Part shown: in pieces, positions 40,401 through 51,637 of the stretch
How the letters are laid out: each line of letters begins with the position of its first letter
Numbering within the stretch: the first letter of the stretch is position 1
Assembly (NCBI RefSeq): GCF_964355755.1
Contig: NC_092676.1
Coordinates: 7,665,888 to 7,729,887, forward strand
Source: Antedon mediterranea
Taxonomy: Eukaryota; Animalia; Echinodermata
DNA length: 64,000 nucleotides
Direction of reading: 5' to 3'
Notes under the pieces: model-generated
Seen by the model: the letters and a program-made list of their open reading frames with translations, nothing else
Databases searched by the model: none
What the model was told of the DNA's origin: nothing
Position numbers and translations under genes: made by a program

Positions 40401-43400
40401 TGGTGAAATACAATTGAAATATTAGAGAGTTTTGCTATGAATCCGATAAGGAAAACAGCCGTCACACACATATTCATTCTTATAAGCACAGTAAAAATCT
40501 GTTTCGTATAGTAACGAAAAATTGAGTGCGCCGTCCATTTGAACGAAGCGTAGGTACGTGTTGCTTGGCTGCCTTGGCCTAGCGTAACATCAAAGCGAGT
40601 GAGGGCTTTAAATAAAAAGTCTATAAATAATTATATTATAATCATAAATCATTCCTGATTCAATGCAAATGTGCAAAATAGATAAAAAACTATACTCGTT
40701 TTGTAGTCACGAATATGACATGTGATATTCGTCAAAACACGAATACGGTTTACGAAAATGTAATGGGGATCAGCTCAAAAGTTTCACAAATGTGTGACAT
40801 TTTCGGTATCATATTCGTAGCGTGCGAAACCTCCCTATTATTATATTTACAGGATAACAAAATTATAAAATGTTGGCATAGAAAAGTCTGATTCCACTAT
40901 TTTTAAATGATCTGTTCCTTGTTCTGCTTATCCAGTCTTATCAGGTTAAAGGTTTACATTTCATACTAAACAATAAAATTTTAAACCCCGGAGCTACTAC
41001 TTAAAGTTTTGTCTACACTATCAAACTAGTTTGACAAAATAAAGTGTAATGTGCCCAAATATGGTAGTCATACTGTATGCCCAAATATAGTAGTAGATAT
41101 GACATCAGCATGTCCATATATGGGCACATCACATTTCTTTGTCACATAAAGTTTGATAGTGTAGACAGAACTTAACATTTTGTTCAAATGCCTACAAGCT
41201 CACCAACCTTTTGACAGTAGTTTTCGGAATTTCTGTGTTGCTTTTAACTGTAGTTCCTGGTTTTCAGACATAATGTCGGACACCATTTCTGCTGTTATTG
41301 TTGGCTGTTGACATAAATACATTATATATTATATTAAATATACGGATCAATAATCATTATTAAATGTGCATACTGTACATATAATATTTAAATGCATCAA
41401 TTCATAAAATGAATGACTATTCACCTAATAGTATTATTGCAAGTCATGATAAAGCCATAAATGGAATTTTCAAAAAGGCTTATAATATTGTAGGATGGCC
41501 TGTACACATACGGATAATGCACAATATTCAAAAATGTGTTTGTGGGAGATGATGTGTGTATGAGGAGTGTAGGAGATGTTGGGGTGTAGAAGATGATGTG
41601 TGTAGGAGATGAGGGTGTGTAGGAGATGAGGGTGTGTAGGAGATGAGGGTGTGTAGGAGATGAGGGGTGTAGGAGATGAGGGGTGTAGGAGATGAGGGGT
41701 GTAGGAGAGAGGGGTGTAGGAGATGAGGGATGTAGGAGATGAGGGATGTAGGAGATGAGGGATGTAGGAGATGAAGGGATGTAGGAGATGAAGGGGTGTA
41801 GGAGATGAGGGGTGTAGGAGATGAGGGGTGTAGGAGATGAAGGGGTGTAGGAGATGAGGGGTGTAGGAGATGAGGGGTGTAGGAGAGAGGGGTGTAGGAG
41901 AGAGGGGTGTAGGAGATGAGGGATGTAGGAGATGAGGGATGTAGGAGATGAAGGGGTGTAGGAGATGAGGGGTGTAGGAGATGAGGAGTGTAGGAGATGA
42001 GGAGTGTAGGAGATGAGGGATGTTGGAGATGAAGGGTGTGTAGGAGATGAAGTGTGTAGGAGATGAGGGATGTTGGAGATGAAGGGTGTGGGAGATGAGG
42101 GGGTGTAGGAGATGAAGTGTGTAGGAGATGAGGGATGTTGGAGATGAAGGGTGTGTAGGAGATGAAGTGTGTAGGAGATGAGGGATGTTGGAGATGAAGG
42201 GTGTGGGAGATGAGGGGTGTAGGAGATGAGGTTTAAAAGATGGTGGGTGTAGAGGATAAGGGTGTAGGAGATGAGGGATGTAGATAATAAGGGGTTAGAG
42301 AATAAGGGGTGTAGAGAATGAGGGGTGTAGGAGATGAGGTTTAAAAGATGGTGGGTGTAGAGGATAAGGGTGTAGGAGATGAGGGATGTAGATAATAAGG
42401 GGTGTAGAGAATGAGGGGTGTAGAGAATGAGGGGTGTAGGAGATGAGGGGTGTAGGAGATGAGGTTTAAAAGATGGTGGGTGTAGAGGATAAGGGTGTAG
42501 GAGATGAGGGATGTAGATAATAAGGGGTGTAGAGAATGAGGGGTGTAGGAGATGAGGGGTGTAGGAGATGAGGGGTGTAGGAGATGAGGGGTGTAGGAGA
42601 TGAGGGGTGTAGGAGATGAGGGGTGTAGAGGATGATGAGTGTAGAGAATAAGGGGTGTAGAGAATGAGGGGTGTAGGAGATGAGGGGTGTAGGAGATGAG
42701 GGGTGTAGGAGATGAGGGGTGTAGAGGATGATGAGTGTAGAGAATAAGGGGTGTAGGAGATGAGGGGTGTAGGAGATGAGGGGTGTAGGGGATGGGGGAT
42801 GGGGGATGTAGGGGATGAGGGGTGTAGGGGATGAGGGGTGTAGGAGATGAAGGGTGTAGGAGATGAGGGGCATAAGAGATGAGGGACATTGGAGATGAGG
42901 GGTGTAGAAGAGGAGGGATGTAGTTGAAAGGTGTAGAAGATTATGGTGTAGGAGATGAGGGGTGTATGAGATGAGGTGTGCAGAGAATGAGGGGTGTAGA
43001 TGATGAGGGGTGTAGGAGATAAGGGATAAAGGAGATAAGGGATGTAGGAGATGAGGGATAAAGATTAGGGATGTAGAAGATTAGGGGTGTAGAAGATTAG
43101 GGATGTAGGAGATGAGGGGATATAAGAGATGAGAGGGTGTAGGAGATGAGGAGGGTGTAGGAGATGAGGGGGATGTAGGAGATGAGGGATATAAGAGATT
43201 AGGGGTGTAGGAGATTATGCTACAACTGTTTCTTATTGCATAATCAATTTACTTACTGCTGAAGAAGTAGATATAATGGGATCTTGTATAAACATTTCAT
43301 CTTGGTCTGTCACATTTCTCCTTTTAAACAACTGTATAGAAAAAAGAAAAAAATCAATCTTTAATTTTGAAAAGTGGTATTTGAAAACAATCCAGACTGT

Positions 43401-45374
43401 ACACTAACACTAGACGCACTAATAACTGTTAAAATTAAATATATTCGTAGACATAATTGTCGTTATACAACATAATTGTTGCTAATTCAGCGGCAACACA
43501 CCTAAAGATTACAGCTGTTCAACATGCTATCACTGCTATTTACAATCTATAATTTAACACATGCTATACCTTTCACTTTGCATACCATTTATTAATAATA
43601 ATGTTTCATGTTTAGCTAGTCATGTCATTGTCAGTACAACATCTCCTCCAAGCCAGTCATACATATTCTACGTAAATTGTCCAGTATGTTGTACACCTAG
43701 CCTAAATCAGCCTAAATCAGATTCCTTGATTAAAAGCCTACTGTATACTGTTAAAAATATCCAAATATTATTTTGCCATCCATGGGATTGGAAGTGTGTA
43801 TGTTTAACAAAATATGAAAGCGAAATTATTTGTACGTATGTTGTACACCTACTGTAGCCTAATTTCTCTTAACCAATTCCATGATTTAAAGCCTATTTTG
43901 TTAAAGCTCCCAATATTATTTTTCAAACATTATAGGTTTTATTAGCACCCTGCTCATTAGAAGTGTGTACAAAATATGTAAGAGACGGTACTTATATCAC
44001 CGTCTGTTTGATTCAAGACAATACAGTGGATAAATTGTAAATTTAGAATAAAATGAAAAATATGTATATAAACGAAAAAACACCATATTGGAGGATGTTC
44101 TACTATCCTTAAGGCACCTTATTAATATTTTATTTTAGGTTTACATAAAAATACCAACATTTTGTAACTTTTACATTTATTTATTGACAGATAAATTCCA
44201 TCTCTTTTTTAAAGTTGATTTAAATTCATAGTTAATGCTCAACAAAATGAAGACATAATTTTAACATACAGTGTTACAGATCAGTATCTGACACACCTTT
44301 TACATTTTAATTTCAGTCACCTCTAGAATATTGCTACAAGGCAATTACATTATACATACTGTATGACTTTCTTAGTAATAATTCATCAATCAATACAAAA
44401 CTCATTCAATTGTATTCTAAACACTGACCATGAATAAGATAGACAACATAATTAGTAAGAAAAGGGGAGAGCAATACAAAATTTGCATTTAGTGCTAGTA
44501 GTATATAAACTTTAATTTCTATACCGTGCTGACAGTCAGATACTAGATGCAGCAAATTGTCATTGTATTAAATTGGCAACATGCTTAAAATCCCTCGTAA
44601 TTCGCCAGGTTAAATTCAGTGTGTGCATGAATTAATTCAATTAATCGCCCGATACTCTGCAACCTGTTTGGGCAATGAATATCATGGTTTGCTAATTAGC
44701 ATGAATTGCATAGACACACCTATGAATTTAAAGCATCACTTTAGCCTTCAAAAAAACACAAAAGGTACATTCTCTTTGGTAGTGTATTTTGTACAACAAA
44801 GTCTTGACTATATCTACACTGTATACAGTCTTGATAATAGAACATTGACATAATTGTCAACTGTATGAATAGTGTATTACGTACAGACATTTAAGACAAC
44901 CTACCAAATGTTTAAAAGATATGCTAAAAACAGTGTGGTCTTACTTCTGTGTGGTACTGTAAAGTAACGCAAGAAATAATTCTAAAGTACTGCAGTTACT
45001 GCAGTTACTACATGATTTTGCTCCTCACCCTGAGGAAGCTTCTTTTTTTGGGGGGGGAGGGGGATGCAAAACAAACTAACATCAGGTGCAACAAATTCAC
45101 TGTAATAATTACAGTTACTGTACAGTATGTCATTAGACATTTTTTTTATTCAATATGTTGTACACAGAATAACTTGATAACTTGATCCCTTGAAAGTAAA
45201 GTGAAAAATAGTATCGATATAAGTTTAGTTAGTTTACTGTACCTGCTCCTCTCGTTTCTGTTTTCGTATTTGTACCCCTTCCTCTTCTCGTCGTCTCCTC
45301 ATCTCTTGTAAATCTTTGTCTTTGTTCTTGTATGCTCGTAGTCTGTTATTTTCTTTTACTGGTGTAGCCATCAT
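31456..45374 (-). CDS. KPNA1: Importin subunit alpha, alpha-1 subfamily (KPNA1/5/6-like), 531 aa, 13 coding exons
   Basis: Exons 45374-45243, 43331-43257, 41304-41208, 38871-38768, 37645-37514, 37178-37090, 36881-36782, 36200-36037, 35573-35495, 35384-35259, 33347-33220, 32549-32371, 31646-31456 sum to 1596 nt. IBB domain [26 protein letters not shown]; ARM motifs [67 protein letters not shown]; C-terminus [20 protein letters not shown]. The acceptor at 45400 implies an upstream UTR exon. Confidence 0.95.
31850..32190 (+). mobile_element. Deu/Nin-domain SINE copy with (ATT)n tail
   Basis: Shares its core with 23008-23260. Confidence 0.65.
33429..34249. mobile_element. Non-autonomous Tc1/mariner (pogo-type) element
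   Basis: TA|CCGTATATTTCGGTGTATAAGTCGCAC ... GTGCGACTTATACACCGAAATATACGG|TA: a perfect 27-bp TIR with subterminal TATAAGACGCACC repeats. Confidence 0.88.
34345..35045. repeat. 18-bp minisatellite (GGGATTATACTTGAGCAT)n with 17/21-bp variants
   Basis: Visible tandem array in a KPNA intron; the source of several spurious ORFs. Confidence 0.92.
36415..36761. mobile_element. Harbinger-like MITE family B, long form
   Basis: TAA|AGCGTGGTTCCCACTAG ... CTAGTGGGAACTAAGCT|TTA. Confidence 0.75.
38140..38345 (-). mobile_element. Deu/Nin-domain SINE copy
   Basis: Reverse complement of the SINE core (GGTTCTTTAAAGTGCAC..GGACCTTCGGTTTATAG). Confidence 0.65.
41545..43217. repeat. ~16-bp purine-rich minisatellite (GTAGGAGATGAGGGGT)n, about 1.7 kb
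   Basis: Visible array occupying most of the KPNA intron between coding exons 2 and 3, with higher-order sub-blocks (e.g. 42220-42345 repeated). Confidence 0.95.
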
Positions 45375-45462
45375 GTTTTTTGTTTGTATTCTGAAGTAGC
45401 CTATAGAAAGAGTTCAAGATTTAAATCAAATCATTCTTCTATCAATAACTATGATGTGCGAA

Positions 45463-45558
45463 TTGCACTATCTGCACTATCTGCACTATTTGCACTATCT
45501 GCACTATTTGCACTATCTGCACTATTTGCACTATCTGCACTATTTGCACTATCTGCAC
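45463..45558. repeat. 9/18-bp tandem repeat (TGCACTATC/T)n
   Basis: About 10 copies, roughly 60 nt from the acceptor of the first KPNA coding exon. Confidence 0.9.
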
Positions 45559-45803
45559 AATTTTAACACAATTATTTCATTCAAATACTTTTTCAATAAA
45601 TATAACATACTGTACAGTAATCAAGGCATACTGTTATAAAAATAATAAGTTCATATACTGGACTGCCTGCCAATGGCCAATTAAATACGTGGCGGACCAG
45701 TTAAATTGTAAAAAAACAAGTCTGCCAGTTAAAATGTCAGTAAAATCTGACGAAATATCAATAATTTTACTCAATTCACCTCGTCATGATTTCTTTAAAG
45801 ATA

Positions 45804-46317
45804 CCGTAAAACCTCGAAAAGAAGCCCATGGGCTTCTTTTTTTAGTGCTCTTGGGTGGGCTTCTTTTCGAGATGGGCTTCTTTTCGAGATGGGCTTCTTT
45901 TCGAGATGGGCTTCTTTTCGAGATGGGCTTCTTTTCGAGAGTACTTTTGCAAACTGTAGAGGGGGGCTTCTTTTCGAAATGAATGCTGTAAATTTTGTGA
46001 ATTTCTACTACAATAATGTGACTTTTGAGACATTTTTTCAACCATGAAATTATGTTTAATATACCAATTAAAAAACAATATAAAAAGCCAAAAAACAGTC
46101 CTATGATTCACCGTCAAATACAATAATTTCGTCATCATCTCAATACAGTATGAGTAGTCTATCTCGAAATGAAGCCCATACTATCTTTAAAAGAAGCCCA
46201 GGGGGCTTCATTTCGAGATGGGCTTCTTTTCGAGAGTACTTTTGCAAACTGTAGAGAGGGGCTTCTTTTCGAGATGGGCTTCTTTTCGAGGTTTAAGCTC
46301 TTTTCGAAGTTTTACGG
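45804..46317. mobile_element. Non-autonomous mariner/pogo-type MITE with internal GGGCTTCTTTTCGAGAT repeats
   Basis: TA|CCGTAAAACCTCGAAAAGA ... TCTTTTCGAAGTTTTACGG|TA. Confidence 0.82.
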
Positions 46318-46688
46318 TATTTCACACCTGGACTATAATCAAGATCCATTTTCTATAAATACCTCATTTTTAGTTTTTTAAAGTTAATGTTCAGTTACAA
46401 ACAGTATCTTGGTTGTTAATTGAAGGCCTCCCTATTAGGCCTATATTCTGTGACCAGTAAAAGGAGTGGAGGACGAGTAAAAATGTAATATTAATAATCT
46501 ACTCGTCTAGTTTGAAAAAAACCTTAATGGAGTCCCTGATTATTTAGTATGTAATACTATTGGAGTGGCGCTGTGCAACACGGCGACACAGCTCGTCTCA
46601 TTGTCTCTATTGTTACTCATTTTTTGACGTTATTTTCGTATATTTGGACTGTATTGTATTGTGGAAGAAGTCATTTGATTTATACATT

Positions 46689-47966
46689 ATGTTGTATGTG
46701 AAAGTTTTGAAATTTCTGTATTTTTTGCTGATATTTTGGCTGTTCTTACTGTGTGGATTGAGTAAGTCGGGCGGTGGAATTGCGTACACGTCATCTGATT
46801 TGCATTCCATGGGCGAGAGGTCGACCTCACCGCTACCGGCACACGTTGAATTACCATCTGAGATACAACGTCACAGGCTTCGGAAAAGGGGCAAGGCTGG
46901 TGGGGTCAGAAAGCGACTACAACGAAGGAAATGTAAGCCTTTTATACCATCTTTAATATTTGGAAATGTAAGATCTTTGAATAACAAAGTCGATTTACTC
47001 AGAGCAAACGTCGAACACTTCAGCGATTTTAGGAATGCCAGCTTACTTGCATTCACGGAAACCCACCTGAGCGATAAGCATAGCGATCAACATATTCAAG
47101 TAGTTGGCTTTAAATCTGTTCGTGGGGATCGTACAGCCGAAGCGAACAAAGATGGCGGTGGTGGTCTTTGCCTCTACATTAATGAGAAATACTGTCATCC
47201 AAATAACTCTACGCTTAAGCTTCATAAATGTTCGCCACACTCGGAAGTGCTGGTTGTTGGTATTCGCCCCTACTATCTTCCGAGAGAGTTCTCGCATGTT
47301 ATCAATGTTATGGTATACATACCTAACAAAAAGCTTGAAAAGCCTGCTATAAATGAGATCGCAGAAATTATCGAAGGTATTGAGTGTAGTCACCCTGAGG
47401 CGCTTGTAATTATCAATGGCGATTTCAACAGATGCAAGCTCAAGAAAACAACGGCCACTTATTATCAGCATGTTACATGTAAAACGAGGGACAACGCGAT
47501 TCTTGATTTATGCTACTCTAGTGTGAAGGATGCCTATATTTCGACCCCACTACCGAACTTGGGCAAATCTGATCATAATTTGATTTTACTCAGTCCTAAA
47601 TATCGCCCGTTAAATAAGACATGCCAACCAAAAATTATTAATGTACGTAAATGGTCTCCTGAAGCCGAGGAAGCCCTGATAGCGGAATTTGAATCTACCG
47701 ATTGGGATATTTTTACGGAGGATGAAGATTTGAATAGTATTACTTATGCAGTGAGCTCGTACATAAACTTTTGTATTGATAAATGCGTTCCAGTTAAAAA
47801 AGTGAAAATCTACCCTAACAACAAGCCATGGATCACGAAAGGCGTTAAATTACTGTTGTGTGAGAAACGTAAAGCCTTTAAGATGGGCGACTCTAATCGT
47901 ATGAAAATATTGACTAGAGAGATTAAATCTGAAATAATGAAACTTATGAGCTGCTGGGCCGGATAG
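46689..47966 (+). CDS. LINE ORF N-terminal part: apurinic-like endonuclease domain (truncated by frameshifting deletion)
   Basis: ORF track 46560..47966, first ATG at 46689. Endonuclease motifs intact; the frame is lost at the deletion junction at about 47950. Confidence 0.8.
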   Translation: MLYVKVLKFLYFLLIFWLFLLCGLSKSGGGIAYTSSDLHSMGERSTSPLPAHVELPSEIQRHRLRKRGKAGGVRKRLQRRKCKPFIPSLIFGNVRSLNNKVDLLRANVEHFSDFRNASLLAFTETHLSDKHSDQHIQVVGFKSVRGDRTAEANKDGGGGLCLYINEKYCHPNNSTLKLHKCSPHSEVLVVGIRPYYLPREFSHVINVMVYIPNKKLEKPAINEIAEIIEGIECSHPEALVIINGDFNRCKLKKTTATYYQHVTCKTRDNAILDLCYSSVKDAYISTPLPNLGKSDHNLILLSPKYRPLNKTCQPKIINVRKWSPEAEEALIAEFESTDWDIFTEDEDLNSITYAVSSYINFCIDKCVPVKKVKIYPNNKPWITKGVKLLLCEKRKAFKMGDSNRMKILTREIKSEIMKLMSCWAG

Positions 47967-48033
47967 AATCCCACCACGAGTACTTAAGGTCTGCTCTCCT
48001 CACCTTGATGGTATATTTACATTTATTTTCAAT

Positions 48034-50451
48034 ATGTGTCTTTCTTATCATGCGTTCCCGGATATTTGGAAACTTTCATGCATAATACCGGTACCTAAGA
48101 AACCTAAGATTAACAGCATGAATGATTTGAGACCCGTTGCACTCACGTCTGTCGCGATGAAAATATTGGAACGTATTATTTTAAAAATTATGCAACCTTA
48201 TGCTGAAAAAGTGTTAGACCCGTTGCAATTTGCTTACCGATCACTCCGTAGTACCAGTGATGCGATTTATTTTAAATTACATAAATTGTATTCACATCTA
48301 GATAATGTAAAGAAAGGCCACTCGGCACGTATTATGTATTTTGATTTTCAATCTGCGTTTAATACCATACAACCCCATATCTTAGCAGACAAAATGTTGA
48401 ATATGGAGTTGGGCAAATCTGATCATAATTTGATTTTACTCAGTCCTAAATATCGCCCGTTAAATAAGACATGCCAACCAAAAATTATTAATGTACGTAA
48501 ATGGTCTCCTGAAGCCGAGGAAGCCCTGATAGCGGAATTTGAATCTACCGATTGGGATATTTTTACGGAGGATGAAGATTTGAATAGTATTACTTATGCA
48601 GTGAGCTCGTACATAAACTTTTGTATTGATAAATGCGTTCCAGTTAAAAAAGTGAAAATCTACCCTAACAACAAGCCATGGATCACGAAAGGCGTTAAAT
48701 TACTGTTGTGTGAGAAACGTAAAGCCTTTAAGATGGGCGACTCTAATCGTATGAAAATATTGACTAGAGAGATTAAATCTGAAATAATGAAACAGAAGAA
48801 CATTTATAGGAAAAAAGTTGAACATAACTTCAGGTCTAATAATATGAAACAAGTTTGGCAGGGTATGAAACTTATGAGTGGTTACACAAACGGTGGTAAT
48901 ACACCCACCTCGATTCCGAATTTTACTGTGCAATATGTTAATGAGTTAAATGAATTTTATAACCGTTTTAATGTTCATGATTTTAAAAAAGAAAGAGAGG
49001 CTCTATTTAGCTTGTGTCGGGTGACTGAAGATGATCCCAAATTTAGTATAAGCATTTCTGATGTACATAACGAATTCATGAAACTCAATTCATCGAAGGC
49101 TGCTGGGCCGGATAGAATCCCACCACGAGTACTTAAGGTCTGCTCTCCTCACCTTGATGGTATATTTACATTTATTTTCAATATGTGTCTTTCTTATCAT
49201 GCGTTCCCGGATATTTGGAAACTTTCATGCATAATACCGGTACCTAAGAAACCTAAGATTAACAGCATGAATGATTTGAGACCCGTTGCACTCACGTCTG
49301 TCGCGATGAAAATATTGGAACGTATTATTTTAAAAATTATGCAACCTTATGCTGAAAAAGTGTTAGACCCGTTGCAATTTGCTTACCGATCACTCCGTAG
49401 TACCAGTGATGCGATTTATTTTAAATTACATAAATTGTATTCACATCTAGATAATGTAAAGAAAGGCCACTCGGCACGTATTATGTATTTTGATTTTCAA
49501 TCTGCGTTTAATACCATACAACCCCATATCTTAGCAGACAAAATGTTGAATATGGAGTTTCCCCGTCCGATTGTTCGTTTAGTTATAAATTTCATTTGTG
49601 ATAGAAAACAATTTGTTAATATTAATGGTGTTAAGTCAGAAATCGTAACCTCTGACATCGGTGTTCCTCAGGGTACTGTCAACGCACCTAAATTATATTC
49701 CTTGTATACGGCGGATTACAGATCTTTAAATGATGAGCTTTGCCCCGTTGTTAAATTCGCTGATGACACTAGTACTATTGGTCTCATAGTTTCAAACAAT
49801 GATGAAAATTATCGTAGCGAAATACAAAGATTTGTTAAATTTTGTGACGATAATTATCTCCAAATAAATGCATCAAAAACAAAGGAGATGATCATTGATT
49901 TTAGGACTAAACATAAATTTAATTTTCAACCAATCACTATCAAAGGTAAAGAAATTGAAATTGTTGACCAGTACAAGTATCTAGGAATTGTTTTCAATGA
50001 TAAACTGAGTTGGGGAGACCATATAGACTTCATCAGCAAAAAATTAAGTCCCAGAATGTATTGTATGAGAACTTTATATAAATTTAACTCCTGTGATTTG
50101 ATGTTACTTTCGTTCTATAGATCCGTTATATGTAGTGTTTGGACGTATTGCCTCTCCTGTTGGGCTGGTAATGTTACCGGAGGGAATAAAGGACGCCTTG
50201 AAACTTTCATCCGTCGGGCTGGTAAAATGATTGGTCTGGAACTGCCTTCCTTTACCGATGTGCACCTAGAACACCTCCAGAAAGATTTCGAACGCATTGA
50301 GTCGGATGCCTCTCATCCTCTCCACAAAGTGATCATAGACCAACTTAATCCAAGTGGTAGATTGAGGCTCCTCAGTGTGAAAACAAATCGATTTGCTAAA
50401 TCCTTTATTCCCTCCGGTATCATCCAGTACAACAGGAAGTCAAGAAGATAA
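48034..50451 (+). CDS. LINE ORF C-terminal part: reverse transcriptase (805 aa ORF whose first ~125 aa are duplicated internally)
   Basis: Uninterrupted RT domain with FADD catalytic motif. MCLSYHAFPD...ADKMLNME occurs twice. Confidence 0.88.
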   Translation: MCLSYHAFPDIWKLSCIIPVPKKPKINSMNDLRPVALTSVAMKILERIILKIMQPYAEKVLDPLQFAYRSLRSTSDAIYFKLHKLYSHLDNVKKGHSARIMYFDFQSAFNTIQPHILADKMLNMELGKSDHNLILLSPKYRPLNKTCQPKIINVRKWSPEAEEALIAEFESTDWDIFTEDEDLNSITYAVSSYINFCIDKCVPVKKVKIYPNNKPWITKGVKLLLCEKRKAFKMGDSNRMKILTREIKSEIMKQKNIYRKKVEHNFRSNNMKQVWQGMKLMSGYTNGGNTPTSIPNFTVQYVNELNEFYNRFNVHDFKKEREALFSLCRVTEDDPKFSISISDVHNEFMKLNSSKAAGPDRIPPRVLKVCSPHLDGIFTFIFNMCLSYHAFPDIWKLSCIIPVPKKPKINSMNDLRPVALTSVAMKILERIILKIMQPYAEKVLDPLQFAYRSLRSTSDAIYFKLHKLYSHLDNVKKGHSARIMYFDFQSAFNTIQPHILADKMLNMEFPRPIVRLVINFICDRKQFVNINGVKSEIVTSDIGVPQGTVNAPKLYSLYTADYRSLNDELCPVVKFADDTSTIGLIVSNNDENYRSEIQRFVKFCDDNYLQINASKTKEMIIDFRTKHKFNFQPITIKGKEIEIVDQYKYLGIVFNDKLSWGDHIDFISKKLSPRMYCMRTLYKFNSCDLMLLSFYRSVICSVWTYCLSCWAGNVTGGNKGRLETFIRRAGKMIGLELPSFTDVHLEHLQKDFERIESDASHPLHKVIIDQLNPSGRLRLLSVKTNRFAKSFIPSGIIQYNRKSRR

Positions 50452-51637
50452 TTTTATATTGTAATTTTTTAGATGTTTTTATATGAATGGTTTTATGCTA
50501 TATTTGTTTTTATAGTGTTTTCTTTGTTATTATGACGAGCAATGAATTTCCTTTTTGAGGATCAATTAAAGTTATCTTATCTTATCTTATAATTTGGATT
50601 TTATAAATTGAAAAGATATCATAATTATGTTTAGTCACTGAGATGAACAAGATTGGACCATTGTACTTTATCTAAAAAAAATTAGACTGCACAGCTAGCT
50701 ATTATCGTAATTTAAATCTGTGTGCGCATAAGAATACCAACTTTGACAGCTCTATTTTAGGCTCGATTGTTGTAGCGTACATTTTAGCGAACCTACACTG
50801 TACAGAAATACTCCTTTGTGTTCCACAGGGCATTTATTCCGTTGTGCCTAACACTGGACAGTTAGTATTTTTTATATGAATATTATTATTAGAGCAATTT
50901 CCTTTACACTTCTTCTATTAACCTTTAATTAAATGATTAGCTTTTTAATACATTGCTTTGTGTGCATGCACCTGCACTGCACTTATCCTTGATATCAAAA
51001 TTAAAGTTGGTTATTATACTCTCCTTGAATTACTACAACGTCATACAAAAAGAAGAAAATAAAACCACAGGACCATGTGAAAAGCATTAAAAAACGAACC
51101 ACAAACAAATGGTATTAAAAAACAAAGAAAACACAGACAATAAACAATATCTATGTTATGGAATTAAATAATTACATGCGAAATACATGCGATTGATATC
51201 GCTGTTGGCCATTTTTGTATGCCGGCCATTGCCAATTTTGTAACAATAGTGTTTCTATTTAGCCAGGCACCTGCATAGTCTCTGCCCAACCTTGTGATTG
51301 ATTTAATGTACTATTCCAGACAAACCTACATGGTCTTATATTATATTACTGGGGTTATTTACTACAGTTAGCCAACTGAGCTAATTAGCCTAAGTTTACA
51401 GTAGATCAAAACATAAGCTTTTTTTAGGGATACCTTACTTTGTTGGGTCCTGAAGGTATTCTCTAAACAGTCTACTAAAATTGTTCATTATTAGGAAAAT
51501 TATAAAAAGAGATTTTGATTTTTAAAGGTGGGTTCATATTAAAGCCTGCTTCTCAAATGTATGCATTGCAAGGACATAAGGCAAGGCAAATTACTTTTGG
51601 TGATCAGTCATTTTGCATTTTGCTCAAGTGGGATTGT

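Larger units (their letters stand above)
46560..50590 (+). mobile_element. Non-LTR retrotransposon, Rex1/Babar-like, single EN-RT ORF, disrupted by internal duplication
   Basis: APE endonuclease motifs (GNVRSL, FTETHL, GGGLCLYIN, RPYYLPREF, GDFN, SDH) and RT motifs (LRPVALTS, DPLQFAYR, DFQSAFNTIQPH, GVPQG, KFADD, YKYLG). AT-rich 3' UTR ending in a (TTATC)n tail at about 50572-50590. Clade assigned from recalled motifs; 5' boundary approximate. Confidence 0.9.

Noticed and set aside
42341-42889. Pro/His-rich ORFs
   Set aside because: Translation of the 16-bp minisatellite.
45463-45558. TGCAC array as metal response elements
   Set aside because: The MRE core is TGCRCNC; these read TGCACTA, a simple tandem repeat.
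45689-46381. ORFs with KKPISKRSP / GLLFEMGFF repeats
   Set aside because: Internal repeats of a mariner/pogo-type MITE.
46560-50451. Two-gene RT system (retron/DGR-like, or ORF1+ORF2 LINE)
   Set aside because: The two ORFs are halves of one EN-RT ORF split by the duplication/deletion, and the motifs are non-LTR retrotransposon type.
46540-50605. Target-site duplication of the LINE
   Set aside because: No convincing direct repeat seen at both ends; the 5' boundary remains approximate.
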